From assembly GCF_009914755.1 (NCBI RefSeq), contig NC_060947.1: a DNA stretch of 64,000 nucleotides, one strand, 5' to 3'. How positions within the stretch are numbered: the first letter of the stretch is position 1; each line of letters starts with the position of its first letter. The notes under the pieces were generated by a model that was not told where the DNA came from, searched no databases, and was given only the letters and a program-made list of their open reading frames with translations. Origin of the DNA: the human T2T-CHM13v2.0 reference genome, Homo sapiens. Positions 28,691 to 45,621 of the stretch are shown here, piece by piece. The position numbers and the translations under genes were made by a program.

Positions 28691-29669
28691 TTAATCTCTT
28701 CCAAACTTGCTCAGAAAATACTGATGTTTTGCTATATTCCCTTTCCAGACCTCTTTTCTTCCAAACCCAACCCTGTAGACAATCTTAGCCATTTCTATCA
28801 CTTAAATCAAACTTTGACACAAAGGAATTTTATTTAGGGGAGGTGGGAAAGGGGATAAGAAAAATGTCAAGTTGGGAGCATAGATTCACTGCTGCTGGGG
28901 CCCAACAGAGAAGGCACCCAGCAGGAGGAGGGAGTTAGCCCTTTGATGGTTGATTCTGCGTAAGGCTACATCAAGGTGTTTTGGGGATAACAGAAATCGA
29001 AGAAGCTAGAAGAAAGTACAGGGAAAAAATTCAAGTCTACAGGTTGGTAGACAGTCAGAGACTCTTGGTTCTGTTGCCATGGTGGGATTATATACACCTT
29101 CCAGAAAACCTTTCCTTAACCAATCAGAGTATTTATTTAACTAGATAGAAATATGTATCGGGAAATCCAGTCCACATTTTGCACTAACACAGGAAAATGG
29201 GTGATCTAGGATGTTGGGCATCTCCTGAGTGAACTTTAATAATGAGAGTCCTGGTACAGCTACTGAATCAAGGGTATGGTTTATAAATCGGTCCAGCTAT
29301 GCTGAACACAAATATCTCCTTACTTATTGTTTTATCTCTTTATTTTTTCTTGTGTCCAATTTATCCTGCCATTTTAAGGATTATCCCTGACCAAAATCCA
29401 TCCATGATGACATATAGCTTTTTGGACACTTTCAAGCCCATCTTTTAGCCCATCTTTTTTTCCAGGAAAAAAAAGAAAAAACTGGATTCACAGTTTTTAT
29501 CCAACTTGATTTCCTAGTGCTTTGCCAGCAGAGACACTTGAAAGGATAATCAAAGTGAAGGATTAATCTCTTTGTTATTCTTCAGACACATCCTTCTGAT
29601 ACAATTTTTTTTTTTTTTACCCTTACTGACTTTGTATCTTTAACTTTGAAAACATTTTCTGCATCAAGA

Positions 29670-29915
29670 AACTGTATAGTGTAGTGCTTAAGAGCAGAAA
29701 CTCTGGAGCTTGAACATCCAGAGTGGGACTTCAACTATGATATTTAAAAATGATCTCACCTGAGCAAGTCACTTAACTGCTCAGGACCTCCGTTTCTCCA
29801 TCTGAGTATGGGTATAATAATACAGCCTTCCTTGTAGGGCTGTTATGATGACCATACAAGTTACTCTAAGTGTTTAGAATGTGTCCTGGCACAAAAATAA
29901 TAGCTGTCAGCTATT
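29670..29915 (+). mobile_element. MIR SINE
   Basis: tatagtgtagtgcttaagagc...gagcaagtcacttaac...cctccgtttctccatctg. Confidence 0.8.
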
Positions 29916-32173
29916 ACATTCAAGATTAGTCCAGATTCCAGTTATATTCACACCTCAAGCTAAGGATTCCTCCTCTATAAAATTCCTCCTAGTTTCTGCT
30001 TTTTGTGCTGCTTTCTTCTTTTCATGATTTCAGTTACACTCATGTCTTATATATTTTTGCTTGGATGATGTCCTTAATGTCTTTATTACTCTCTAACTTG
30101 TTTGTATAACTATAATATGTATATTCAATAATGTTATCAACTACCAGAGTACAAGGATTATTCCTTAATATTTCTTTCTTATCTTTTAGAATGTTAAGCA
30201 TAGCACTTGTAGCATTAATAAATATCTGTTGACTTGAAGTAAAAAGTTGAGTTGAACTTGCTTATGAAAATCCAATTTGAATTCAATCATTGAACCTCTA
30301 AGATTTGTTACTCTGTTCAACCATTGTAGATAGATATTCAGGTATGGTCAGACGTGAGCTATTCAGGTAATTCCTTGTTTATTCTACTTTACTTTTACAA
30401 GACATTAGCTGTTGAACAGTGGAATAGAAGTCCACATGCATTTCCTGGCTGAGTTTCCTTATGGTTTCCTCACAGCACATTAGATATCTAAGAAAAAAGT
30501 CCTTTATTCAGAATTACACCTGCCCATTTCTCCAGATGCCACAGAGCATCAACAAGAACAAAAAGAACAACAAAAAAAACCCTGCACTTTACTGATCCAA
30601 GTGTTTCTCAGATAAAATGATTCTAGTCCATCAGCACTAAGTAAATTGAAAACAATTTTACCAGTCCTTTTATGATACGTACATTTTGTGTTAAGTTGTA
30701 CACATCGCCTAAATCATTTTACAGAAAATCCAAATAGAAAAATTGACTCACATGCATGGCAAAGGGGGTTTTATAGAAGTAAGTACTTTTCTCTTAGTTC
30801 AAAATATATGGCATTCTATGATCCCAAATTTCTTAGAGTCAGGATACGCTTTAGTGTTGTGTGACTCAGCAGAGGAGGGCCAGGTAGGTTTTATGGAGGA
30901 AAAATTCCAAAGCAATACAACAATCCAAGAAAACCTCAAAAACTGATGATCACCAATGAATGGAATATGCTTTTTTAAAATTCATGTTATACTTTTTAAT
31001 TCTATTTACATATGCAATCATGAGCATCTTATTATTTTGATAAATGAAAATTTAGTATAAATGATTAAGCAACTTCATAGGTAGCTACCATACATGATAA
31101 AATATAATCAAACCTGCAAAAATTAATATTGATGACAGTAAACTATTTTGGTAAAACAGAAAACATATTTGGTAATATTATGCCCGTTTTATATATAACT
31201 AATACTTCTGATGTTGGGGAAATGTGCTTTCCATCATATTGTTTTACACAGGGGACAGAAAAGCAAAATCGCTCTTTCATACAATTGTTCTGTACCCAAA
31301 TGCATACATCTAAAAAAAAAAAAAAAAGAAAGAAAAGAAATAAACAAAAGGCATGATATGGGAGCAGGAAGCTAACACTCTACTCAATGTTTACCTTTTT
31401 GGAAGCTCCATAGATTTCCTTACTGATAACACTATTTAATTTTTGCCTGTGGTTTGGCAAATTAAATTTGGGAATTGGTGTCTGTTAATCATACGTGATT
31501 TACAACAGAAAGTTCTTGTTTTTTTTCCATCAGGATGTTTAATGATATATATTAATATTCAGAAATAAGCAGACTTGGGTACAAGTCATTGTATTAAACT
31601 ATAAGATATTGCCAATATTTAAACCTTTTGAAAGACTTGACAATTCATAAGGTTCAATGGAATAGCATTATAATTTTAATATGTTCATGGTTACAAATTT
31701 AACCAGGAGAAAATAAATACAAACTAACTTTTTTAAATGGCAAAGGAAAGACAACAAAAAATAAACAACAAAAGCAAATTTCAAGACTCCAAAGCAAAAA
31801 AGAGAAAAAAACACTACTGATTAAATCATTCTTTGCTTAGAGTTTCAATATTTTTCAATAATTTTTGTCATGGTTCTGAACTCACAATTAGAACAATGGG
31901 TTTTAAGTTACTGAACTAGAAATGGAAAAAATAAATCAACACATTTCATAAAGAAACTAAAGCCCAAAATAAAACAACAATTAAAACCAAGCTAGAAAAC
32001 AGCATCCTCTTCTTGGTAAAAGTTATGGTACACAGAATCTTGGAATAATTTAGAGTTGCATTTCTGCACCTCAAGATAAATATACAATAAAGTGAGTTAT
32101 TTGTTTTATACCTTAAATAAATAGAAGAATAAAAAAATTACTCCTGAATAAGTAACAACTAGCCTCGGAAATA

Positions 32174-32506
32174 CACATGGCCCCCGTCTTATAATGTTTC
32201 TACTTAGTGATTTTTCAACTTTAGGGTGGTGAGAAAGTGATATACATTCATTCGAAACCATACTTCAGTATAGTATTCACTAAATTGAATGAGATATTCA
32301 ACACTTTACTATAAAATAGGTCTTGTGTTCTATGACTTTGCGCAACTGTAGGTTAACATAGGTGTTCAGAGCATGTTTAAGGTAAGCTAGGCTAAACCAT
32401 GATATTTGGTGGGTTAAGTGTATTGAATGCATTTCCGCATACAAAATTCTCAACTTACAATGGGTTTATCTGGATATAACCCCATCACAAGTCAAGGAAC
32501 ATTCTG
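32174..32506 (-). mobile_element. MER47A-like TcMar-Tigger element
   Basis: Flanked by TA on both sides; gcatgtttaaggtaagctaggctaa...caacttacaatgggtttatc. Confidence 0.8.
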
Positions 32507-35500
32507 TACAATAGAAGAATATGATCAAAAGTTTGTAAGATCCTCTAAGGAAGATTTTGTCAAAAGCAAACGTGGCTTAGCTTGTATGTATTCTCTTATT
32601 TTAAAGTTTTTTTAGCTTTAGAATATTTGCCACATCTGGAAATAACTTTACGTATATTTTATGTGGTTAACATTTTATTTACAGTTTTTTAAGATATAAA
32701 TATGCAATTTTATAATGTTTAACACATTCTTAAAGGTAATTTGTTTTTAGGATACTTTACGTGGAAATTTATAACTTTCTTAGAATTTGGGATGTTTGAT
32801 GAAGCAATATGCATTTTACAAATCTTGAAATTTATATAATTATACATTTTAACAGGAATTTTCCTACACAGTCGTACATGATTTCACTGTATCTTCACAA
32901 GAGTACAGTTGAGTAGGCAGGGGCAGTTATTATCACTGATTTAATTTCAACGTTAAAAAACAGGCCTAAATATCTTATGTTACTTGCCCAAGGGTACAAC
33001 TATCAACAATCAGGTTAAATCTTTCTAAGCTTTTCAGGTTCCAATACAGTACTTTGCTAAACTCTCTACTCTACTGCTTATCATAACCACATAATGAAAG
33101 CTCACTGATGTGGAAAAATGTTAGTAATGTTTTAATTATATGTGGGTTCCCTGTCACACATTTTCATAAATGATTGTTTTAGATTCAGTATATACAAACC
33201 TAGAACAATTTCTTCATGCTTATATGCATATAGATTTGTAGAATGCACATGTCTAGATGATTTAACTCAGTGAGTTAGGATACAATATAAAAAGAAGTAA
33301 ATTTGGTTTTCTCTTTTAGTACCAGCGCTTACTAACACTGCCCTGTCTTCTTCTATCTCAGAGTCCACACCTACATGTATCAGACCATCACTCACTAATT
33401 CAACAGATGTACATTCAGTACCTTTAAGTGCTAGGTGCTGTTCTAGGAGTTCTAGATACAGTGGTGGAGGAAAAAAACAACAAACAAGATACTAATTTTT
33501 CTTCCTGGTGGCTGTGTGTATGTATCACCTTCTTGAAAAATGTAGCACTGCAGTTACATGGGTTATACATATACTTAAATGCATGTATAGTGTTTATAGA
33601 CTTATAAAACTCTAGGCACTATTGTCGTCATATTTTGGGAAGGTGAAAATAATAGCTTTAAGCAGTTTTAGGTATCAGAAATGCCTTGAGACACTTTGTA
33701 ACTTGGTTAACAGAGGAGCACATAACTTTCATTTCTAAGAAAAAAGGATTAGAAAAACCCATTAGTAACTGTTGTGACAGCGGCCGTTGGGGAGTAGATC
33801 TATCTTAAAATGGAAAAAGAGAAATAAGAGAACCAAAGACTCAAACTCCAGTTCATTTTCACTCTCTGGAATTTGTCTTTATCTGACAGATAAAGGCAAC
33901 ACCCTATATAAATCTAATTCTTACACTCTTCACATCCCATCCAGCTACCAGGCACTACATTAATGACATATCGAATTGGGAACTGTGTTCAATCAAAAGG
34001 CATTAAAGTACTTATTAACTAGGTTTTACGGAGCTTCCAAAAAAAGTTAAAAAGTTATTTTTGGTGGCTCTATGGTAAGGTGACCTTTTAATTTTTTCTT
34101 CATGGTTTATTGTCCCCATGTGAGAAAACACTTTCTAAACACAGCTACGTATTTGGACCAAAATATTCTTCATAGGATGATGCATTGTCTTTGCATAAAT
34201 AACGAATCAGTAATTATATATCACACATAAAAAACGACATTATAACTGGTCGAAGCACAGCTTCAACCGTTTGTGAATAAAAGGAAAACCTCCCCACAAC
34301 TTAACTGCAACTTCAAAATTTCTACCAGCCTCATGATTTGTAAGTTTTAATATGGAAGTTTCTGCTTTCTACACTTTACACGATGGGGATTATGAAAACA
34401 GTGCTGCTGGGAGAATGGAAGGAGTAGGAGTGCGTTCTTAAAGTACATTTTAGCAGAGTTGGGAGTAAATTGCAGCATAATAGTCAAGGTAGGACAACTG
34501 CTAGGCTTGATAAAATAATGGTTGGGGATAAAGAATGGATAATTTCCTACAAGAGAGATTTGTATAAAATATAAAAGAAAACTGTACCGAAGCACATATA
34601 AATATGAGCTGGGCATGACTGAAAGGCAGTAAATATCTATAATCTCTTCTCTATAGTACAAATCTTTTCATATAATACAAATGAAAAATAATGTACTATG
34701 GAAATAATTTAAGCATGATTTAAACTACAGTTAATGATTAATATTTGAAAATACACACATTTATATATAGCAAATCAATCAAATAAATCCCAAGTCATAT
34801 AAGCTGTTGAAGAAACAAATTATATTTATAACCAAATAAATGTGTTGAAAAACTCAATTTTTCTAAGAGAAACCACTGATCACATTATTGCAAATGTTTA
34901 TGTATAGTTCAAAAGATCAGTTTCTACAAAGTCACAATGTATTAATAAAAATCATCTTTTCCACGCATTAAACTGTTAGAACTATTAAACTATTAGAAAA
35001 TTCAACTCGAATTCAAAAAGCATTTGCAAACAAATTTTGCTTTGAAATTTTATATGATCCATGATTATTTAGAGTAATTGCAATGTCCTCTTATTCCAAT
35101 ATTATTAAATACCCCTGTATTACAATATGCATATAAACAATGTAATATGCCCCTGTATTACAATACGCATATAAACAATCGTTCTTTTATTTTCCTTCAG
35201 ATATTTTGTTTGGATTTCTACATATGGTGCCTCTTGCTATTATCTAATTCTCCTAATACCAGAATAGAAAAGCAGTCACTTTGCTCATGGCATAATTTTG
35301 CCTTCATTTAACTAATTGGGATTATTAAATTTGTGCTTAAGAGCTGTGAAACAGATTCCAGAGGAGAAAGATCTTAACCAGTGTATTAAAAATCTCTGTT
35401 GCCAGTACTTTTGTCCCTACTTCAAGGCAAGACTGAAGAATCGAAGACTAAAATATGAGAAGAAATCATACATCTCTCAAGGGATCTTCTGCTAGGTTTT

Positions 35501-35589
35501 ACGAGACCAAAGTTCTAACTCAGCCCCAAGTCGGCCGAGAATGGGTTTTCATAGACACATGCTTAAGTTTCTGTATGACCAGAGAAATA

Positions 35590-36345
35590 TATCTGCTATC
35601 TCTAATTTCAAAATATTTCCAGAATCTGACATTCTCTCACTACCGACCAAGTCCAAGCCACCAGCATCTCTTTTTCAACTCTTGTTGATTCTATTATTGG
35701 TCCCCTACAGTTCTACTCTCAACCCAGAAGCCAGTGTGATCCTTTTAAAACATGATTGAGATCATGCCACTCAACTGCTCAGAAACTTACAATTGCTCTC
35801 ATCTCATTTAGAATCTTCTTTACAATGGCCCCAAAGGCCCTCCACAATCTGGACACTCACAACTCCCATATCCTCATCTCTTTCTACCCTTCCACTGGCT
35901 TGTTTTGCTTCAGCCACTTTGGCCTTCTTGTTGGTGCTTGATTAAGATAAGCTCAGTCCCACATTTGGGCCTCTACTCTATTTCCTCTACACAGACTCCA
36001 TGGCTGACTCCCTTACCTTCTTCCAATCTTTGCTCAAAGGTCATTTCTACCCTATTTGAAATGGCAATTCCGCCACTTTCAATTATACCTACGTCTACCC
36101 CTGTAGTGGTCCTATATCCCCTTAACAGATTCTGGTTTTTTTTTTTTTCCCAAAATACGTATCACCTAGTAATACGCAATATTTACTTATCATTTTTCTT
36201 TGTTTGCTTGCTTCTATTCTGTCTCCCAATGTTATAATAAAAGCTGAATGAGGGCAAAGATTCGTTAGTCTTTTTCACTGTTTTATAAGCACTTAGAATA
36301 GTGTGTGGTACATACTAAGAGCTTAATAACTATTTTTGGAATATA
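35590..36345 (+). mobile_element. L2
   Basis: ccagaagccagtgtgatccttttaaaacat...gatcatgccactc...acaatggccccaaaggccctcc. Confidence 0.8.
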
Positions 36346-36714
36346 CGAATCCACATTCCTTAGGTTTACTTGTCCTAACAATTTTTTGTTTCTCAAGAGC
36401 AATGCAAAAAACCTGAACTCAAGAGGACTTGAACGACTTGGCTTCACACTATCTTTGGCTTATAAGCTCACTACCAGCTTTCCCTTGTGGTCTCGAACTT
36501 GAACAAGGGTTGTCTCTATTTCTTGATCCTATTTAAAATCTACATTAGGACCACCATGTCTCCTACCCGTGAGCTTTCTTCATATGGCCACGTTTTTCAT
36601 CACCCTCTTGGTTACCCAAAGTATAGCACATTTTATTCATTCCAAACAAGGCATCTGTACTATAATTGGTTTTGATGAGACAACTGAAATGATGTGTGCC
36701 TGATATTTTTTCTT

Positions 36715-36835
36715 TCCTTCCATTTATTTCCTCCTTGTTTCTCTCCTTATTTTATTTCTTTTCTTCAATTCTCCCTCCCTCCTTCCCTCACTCTCTTTCT
36801 TCCTTACTTCCTCCCTTCCTTCCTCCTCCTTTCAG
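36715..36835. repeat. CT-rich low-complexity tract
   Basis: ctccctccctccttccctcactctctttcttccttacttcc. Confidence 0.8.
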
Positions 36836-37209
36836 TGATTTGAAACTCCAGTGCAATGTGGAATATTGAAGGGATGTGGGCAGATATCCTTGTCTTGTTC
36901 ATGTTCTTCAGGTGAAGACATTCTGCTCTACCATAAAGAATAATATTAGCTGTAAATTGATTCTCATTATTGCAAAAGGTAAAGCATAGTTGTCATTCTT
37001 ATTATAAGCTATGTTCTTATTTTTGTCCTAAAAATTCACATTTATTGATACCAAGGCCTAATTGAACAGCTAAGGATTCCCTGAATGAGGGAGCAGCAGA
37101 ATCACTTGAAGAATTCCACTCCAAAGGCATGAACTATTTCTAAGAATTTCTCTACGTAAATGCTAACTACACAGTAAATATGTCATTATTTATTTCAAAA
37201 ATGTCCTAG

Positions 37210-37650
37210 ATAGAGTTCCCCTATAAGCAGATTCGAAGACAAGGGATGTCTTTGGGAATGATCCAAGGAGGTGCTAGTAAAGTGTGTGTAAGGTAGGACA
37301 GGGAGCAAGTGAAATGTATCCTATGAGGCAGGTTTTTACTGTGTGCGATGGGGTCTTAATCCTGGAACAGAATTTTGGGTCAGAGCATAAATCATGCTTC
37401 AGAGTTACCCTAACTGAAGAATGAGTGAGTAGTGGTATTTATCCACCAAAAGTTATTTGTTATTGGTTGAGGTTTGCTGGGGAACACGGGGGATGCAGAA
37501 CTTTAACTACCTGACACTCATGAGCTTTGATTACTAGAGAGAGCCCTAAGGCAAACAGTCAGAGACACTTGGATCTGGCAGCTACCAGTCAGAGTACAAG
37601 GCATGCTGAGTCAGGAAATGATATGGGTGACATCCCAAGAGTGTTTCATC
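37210..37650 (-). mobile_element. ERVL LTR relic (LTR16-like)
   Basis: gagttcccctataagcagattcgaagacaaggg...tttgggaatgatccaaggag. Confidence 0.45.
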
Positions 37651-40170
37651 CTCCAATAAAACTGATGCTTTCAGTAAAATTAGGCATATGGACACATGAT
37701 GATAAATCCTTTCAGTTAAGTCTTTTAAGTGGATCATTTCTGCTTTTAGGATAAGCTTTCAAATATTTAACTCTCTCCAGAGAAAACCTTTTGGTAATTT
37801 AAAACTTACGATGCTAAGAAATTCTGTGTTCATGCTTTCATATGAGATACTTTAAGGCAGGATTTGACGGTTTAACACAGTAATTATATTTTGGAAAATT
37901 TTATCATGAAAATGATTTTTTCTTAAAAATGAAATGCAAGTTAATATTGCTCTAAACTTCCAAAAAATTGCAATTCTTCTAAAATTATGTACTCTTGTCT
38001 GTTATGAGTATTATTAACTTTGTACATATAAGCAATCACAATCAATTAACTGTTAATATTGGCTCTGAAGTAAGAAAGAAAATATTACTTATGTGTATGT
38101 TTCTCATTCTTCTCTAGCTCTGCCTTAGCTAGTGTTTTTGCTATTAAATGCAGATTTCCACATATGTATATATATATACGTATATATATATGTTTGTGTT
38201 TATCTGCATAGTCTCTGTCAACATGATTAGGTAGCTTTCCAATTCAATACATCTATTGAAACCATACGTGCTATTTTAGTTGTATTTTGTTTAGAAAGTA
38301 ATTCTTTTAACATATTACATATTATTTGTGTTGTACTGCACTTTCAAAAAAGATGTATGTTAAAGCACAGCAATACTTACTATAGTTCTGTAATTTGATT
38401 CATGCATATCTGTCAGGAATAAAATCAACCACAATTTCAAACCTTCCCAACCAGCAGCTGTACAATTTATGCACTGCTTTTCCATTTTTACTACTGGATA
38501 ATGACAATGATGAATGCCTTTAACAGGAAATACATATTCACTGAAAAGACTGAGCTCAAAACTATCCCCCTTCAAAAAAGTCAATGAAGGTAGGAAGCCC
38601 ATTCACCTGCTGGAGATTTGTTGGGAGACAGAAGGAATCATGCCCACAACTGTATCTTATGGGGATTCAACCATTTAGCTAAATTAAATCTACAATAATA
38701 CCATATTATAAACCGCAGTAATCAATACTATTACGATTGACATCAGCTATAATAATATTAAATAGATCAGGATGAACAAATGATTCACTGTGAGTGTAGC
38801 CAAGGGTCTAACATTCTGAGTATGCCAGGCTAAGAGGTATGGAGACAGAGTTATTCAATGGGCAACTTAATAAGATCAGGGTCACTACTCTCCTGAACCA
38901 AATGTCCATGAACCTGGGAAGGAATGGATATTAGCTCATTGGCAATAATTTACTTATTGAATGACAATGATGCACTTACAAACTATGCTGCCATGAGAAC
39001 TTAGTTAATAGAAATAATGACAGGAATTCTGGCATGTCAGCTTTATTTTATTAACTGATTAGGTTTCTTTTCTTCATTGTACCAATAAGTGATTTGACTT
39101 TTACTTCAAACAGAATAAGAAACAGTGCCACACTGACATGGATGGAATAGTTCCAGAGATCTGTGAAGCTCTTATTTTACTGTGTAATTTTATAGCTTAT
39201 TTGATATAATGTTAAGATATTAAAGTCAAGTCACTGAAGATACTGCAACACCGATTTCCAAAACAAACAAATAGCTTTATCCATTTGTATATTCATACAG
39301 GCAAATGTGTGATATAGAATGAGCTTCCAGGAAACCATTTGAGTATAAAATACTTTAGCTAATATGTGCTGCTGATAGCAAACCCATCTTTTGCCTATAA
39401 TCACATACTGTTTGCATTTGAAAATACCAAGCTCTGGGTATACTATAATATTTCATTTTGAGTGTAAAATGTACGATCATGAAAATTATCTGGAGACACA
39501 TTATTATGTGCATTTTCTTGATCCTACATTCATTTATCTTCAGACACTGCCTTCTGAAATTCATAGCCTATTTCATCATCATTATTTGCCTTACTTGAGA
39601 ATTTAGTAACTTGCTGTTGGTGGTTTGAAAACAGCTGGATTTTGTTGGTAGCCTTTAACTGGCAGTTATAAAGAAAATATTTTATTGATTTCTATTCAAT
39701 TTTATTCCATATGTTATAGCACAGGTATTGACATTAATTTGAAATTGAATATGTATACATAAAAAATATAAAACAAAAACAATATACATTACATATAAAT
39801 GAAAAATCTAATTTCCCTTTTTGGAAAATGAAACAGAAGTCATCCATTAACTAGGAATAAACTGTTCTTCCATCAAAGTTTATTTACTGGTGGTTCCTTT
39901 CTGTCCCTACTGCATGTAAAAATGATCATTTTTGTGCATTTCTTCATTTTAGGATGTCTCTCAAAGCTAAATATTGTAAAATACATTTTCTAACTTATGT
40001 CTTTCTACCCTAGATTTCTGAAGCCAACCACACTATCAAGTATTTTTAAGAATTCCATGTGAAAGTCAAAATGCCATCATGATGCATACAATTTAAGTCA
40101 ATTGTTCTGGCACTATGAATGATCAGTATGATCACCTTGTAAAATACGAATGAAAGTGCTTTGGTTTTAC

Positions 40171-40365
40171 CTTCAGAGACTCCTCTTGCTTAAAGAGATC
40201 TTCAAAGTCCTTAGCACAGAGGTCAGGAGCATTGAGAAGTTGTTCCACTTCTAATAGGGCTTGTGAGACATGAGTGATTTCAGTCAAATAAGTAGAAGGC
40301 ACATAAGAAATTTCCAAAGGCATGTCTTCAGTCATCACCATCATCGTTTCTTCACGGACAGTGTG
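40171..40365 (-). CDS. DMD: Dystrophin exon 42 (195 nt, symmetric phase 0/0), R15-R16 linker and start of repeat 16
   Basis: ctataccag|CACACTGTCCGT...TCTCTGAAG|gtaaaa translates as HTVREETMMVMTEDMPLEISYVPSTYLTEITHVSQALLEVEQLLNAPDLCAKDFEDLFKQEESLK and overlaps ORF 40132..40344. Confidence 0.98.
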
Positions 40366-42710
40366 CTGGTATAGATATACAAAAGAACAATTTTTTTTAG
40401 CTTCCTAACAGTGAAACCTCCTCCATTAAGTTTATATAGGTCTCATTCTACAGCTGACAATTGAATCTACAAACTGGGCTGAAAATGGATTCAAAACCTC
40501 ACGATGGTAAGTCTAGTAAAACGGTGATTTATTAATTATATACCTACTTTTTCCAGAAAGTGTTAAAAGCATTTCATAATAAGTGACACACACATATTAG
40601 CACCATAAATATAAGACGAAAGACCATGAGGTCATAAGGAGAGTAGTTTTATCCTAAGAAAAAGACGATTTTTGCAACCGGCATTTAAATTTCTAATTCT
40701 AATTTGCAACTGGCATTTAAAATTCTAATTTTCCTGGAAATCTAGATATGGGATTGGGTGAGGGGGACTCATATCTGTTTTATTCCTAACACAGGCAACT
40801 TTCCTGTATCTATAGGAAAGTTCACTGAGATACAACAGATACGAAGTAGTTAGGCTGGTATGTAACTTTGTATTAAGCCCTCTTCTCCTCCAAATTCTAG
40901 ACATTAGCTCCTGTTTTTGTTGCTAGTCTCTTGCTAAGTTAAGCTGCTAATGAAGCTGCTATATGAGCAGAACTGACTGCGGAATTTATATTTTAAAAAG
41001 AACTCCAGAATGTCCTGATATATAAGGGAGCACTAGCCTCTTCTCTTGCACCTACACTTTTCTGACTGGGATCCAAGTGCTAGACATGATGAGAATTTCC
41101 AGCTCCAGAGTCCTTTTGGAGTTTCCCAGTAATACATCTTTCCCTATTCTTTATAAGAGCAAAAAATAAATACTACTTGGCAGGCAAATTCAGAAAGATG
41201 GATGACCTGTGCTCTCTTCTGTCTACACTATAGGCAGCAAAATTCTTGTAATTGAAATTATTCTCCCAATAACTTTGTCTAGAATTGATCAACTGCCACC
41301 TGCCTGTTGATGAGGTCACCTGAGGGTTTCAGTGGTAGGGTCTCTGGGGAAGTACAAACGATAAGCATGCTAACGTAGCCATTTATTACTGCACAGCCTT
41401 TTATGACAACACCATACTTATTTTTGCAGTAATGTAATACATTGGACTTTGGGGATACTAGACTGAACCCCACACAAAGAGGAGTAAAATTTACAAGCTG
41501 GTCACTTTATGTTTTGTTTTTAATTTCTCTGACCTAGGATTTTCATACTCAATTCTTACATGATATAAAAAATGAAGTAATTCTAATTTAGATATCTCAT
41601 CTACTTGTGATATAGCAAATTCACAGAATTGCACAAATTAGCTATTAAATAATTATACCTTTTACAACATTTGTTTTATTGTGTATATCTGGGCCAAATC
41701 CATGGCACACATTCCTTCATGTTCAATGGAATAATGTATATATATTTCTCATTTACATTTAAAAGGATATTAGAAACTTGAGCCAGAGTTTGATAAATAA
41801 AATTCAGAATTTAACAGATTTCTTAAGAAATTCTTAATTTCACTATTTCATCATAAGCATTTTACACATTTAAAAGAAAAATAACTCAGCAGGCTATTTG
41901 AATGTGAAATTTTCACTGACACATTAAACAGTAGAATCAATAGCACAAGTAACACAAGCTTGTGTTTTGCACGCATTACATTGGTTGGTGACCATTATGT
42001 TGTTCTTAATAAAATTTACAAGTTAATAAGCTCGTCTTTCTTATTCACGTTAGTTGCTATAACCCCTGCAGTAAAGATAGCTTCACATCATCTAAAGCAA
42101 GCGTATTTCTTATAATACTTATTTAATGGTGCAATTAAATCTGCCTTTAATGATACATTTTACACCTGTAAGTTTTTGGAAAACAAAGGTTTTTGTTATC
42201 AGGAACAGAGTAAGTAGAAGACAAGTTGTAGTTTTTCATTTATTTATTAATTTGTTTTGTTGTTTAATCAAGGGAGTTGTTTCAGAATTGGACATATCTT
42301 GAAAATATTTAGAAAAAAATCTGGGTGGCCTTAACAAAAGCAGTGGGAATTCAGAAAAGTTTTGATGCATGTCCTCATCACTTTTTCTTAAAAGAAAAAT
42401 AATTCTAAGATGTTTTTATCTATTTTCTGATTCTTCTTTGATATGTAGTTTTCTCAGTCTTCATTACTTTCATTTGAGATGCTCTCAGCTATCTTAAATT
42501 CATATTGGTGCTTAATAAATATAGTAATTGTGGATTATAGCCAGCAAGAAACTTAGCTGTATGGTCAAATATAATGAAGAAAAAGACACTCAAAATATAC
42601 TCACTTTTGTCTGCTAACTTGTATTTAACTTCCTTAAATGAAATTTCAAACCCAAATTTTGACTATTTTGGTATTTGCAGAAAGGAACGTTAAATAAAAA
42701 TGAGATTTGC

Positions 42711-45621
<2,911 letters not shown>

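Noticed and set aside
35112-35179. Repeat-spacer-repeat patterns (here and at 8533, 40671, 54428) as a CRISPR-like array
   Set aside because: Only two copies each, no unique spacer series, no cas genes, and a eukaryotic intron context.
38161-38192. Palindrome around tatatatacgtatatata
   Set aside because: Trivial self-complementarity of a short (TA)n tract.
40132-40170. C-terminal VKPKHFHSYFTR extension of the exon 42 ORF
   Set aside because: Read-through past the splice donor into the intron; no evidence of an alternative terminal exon.
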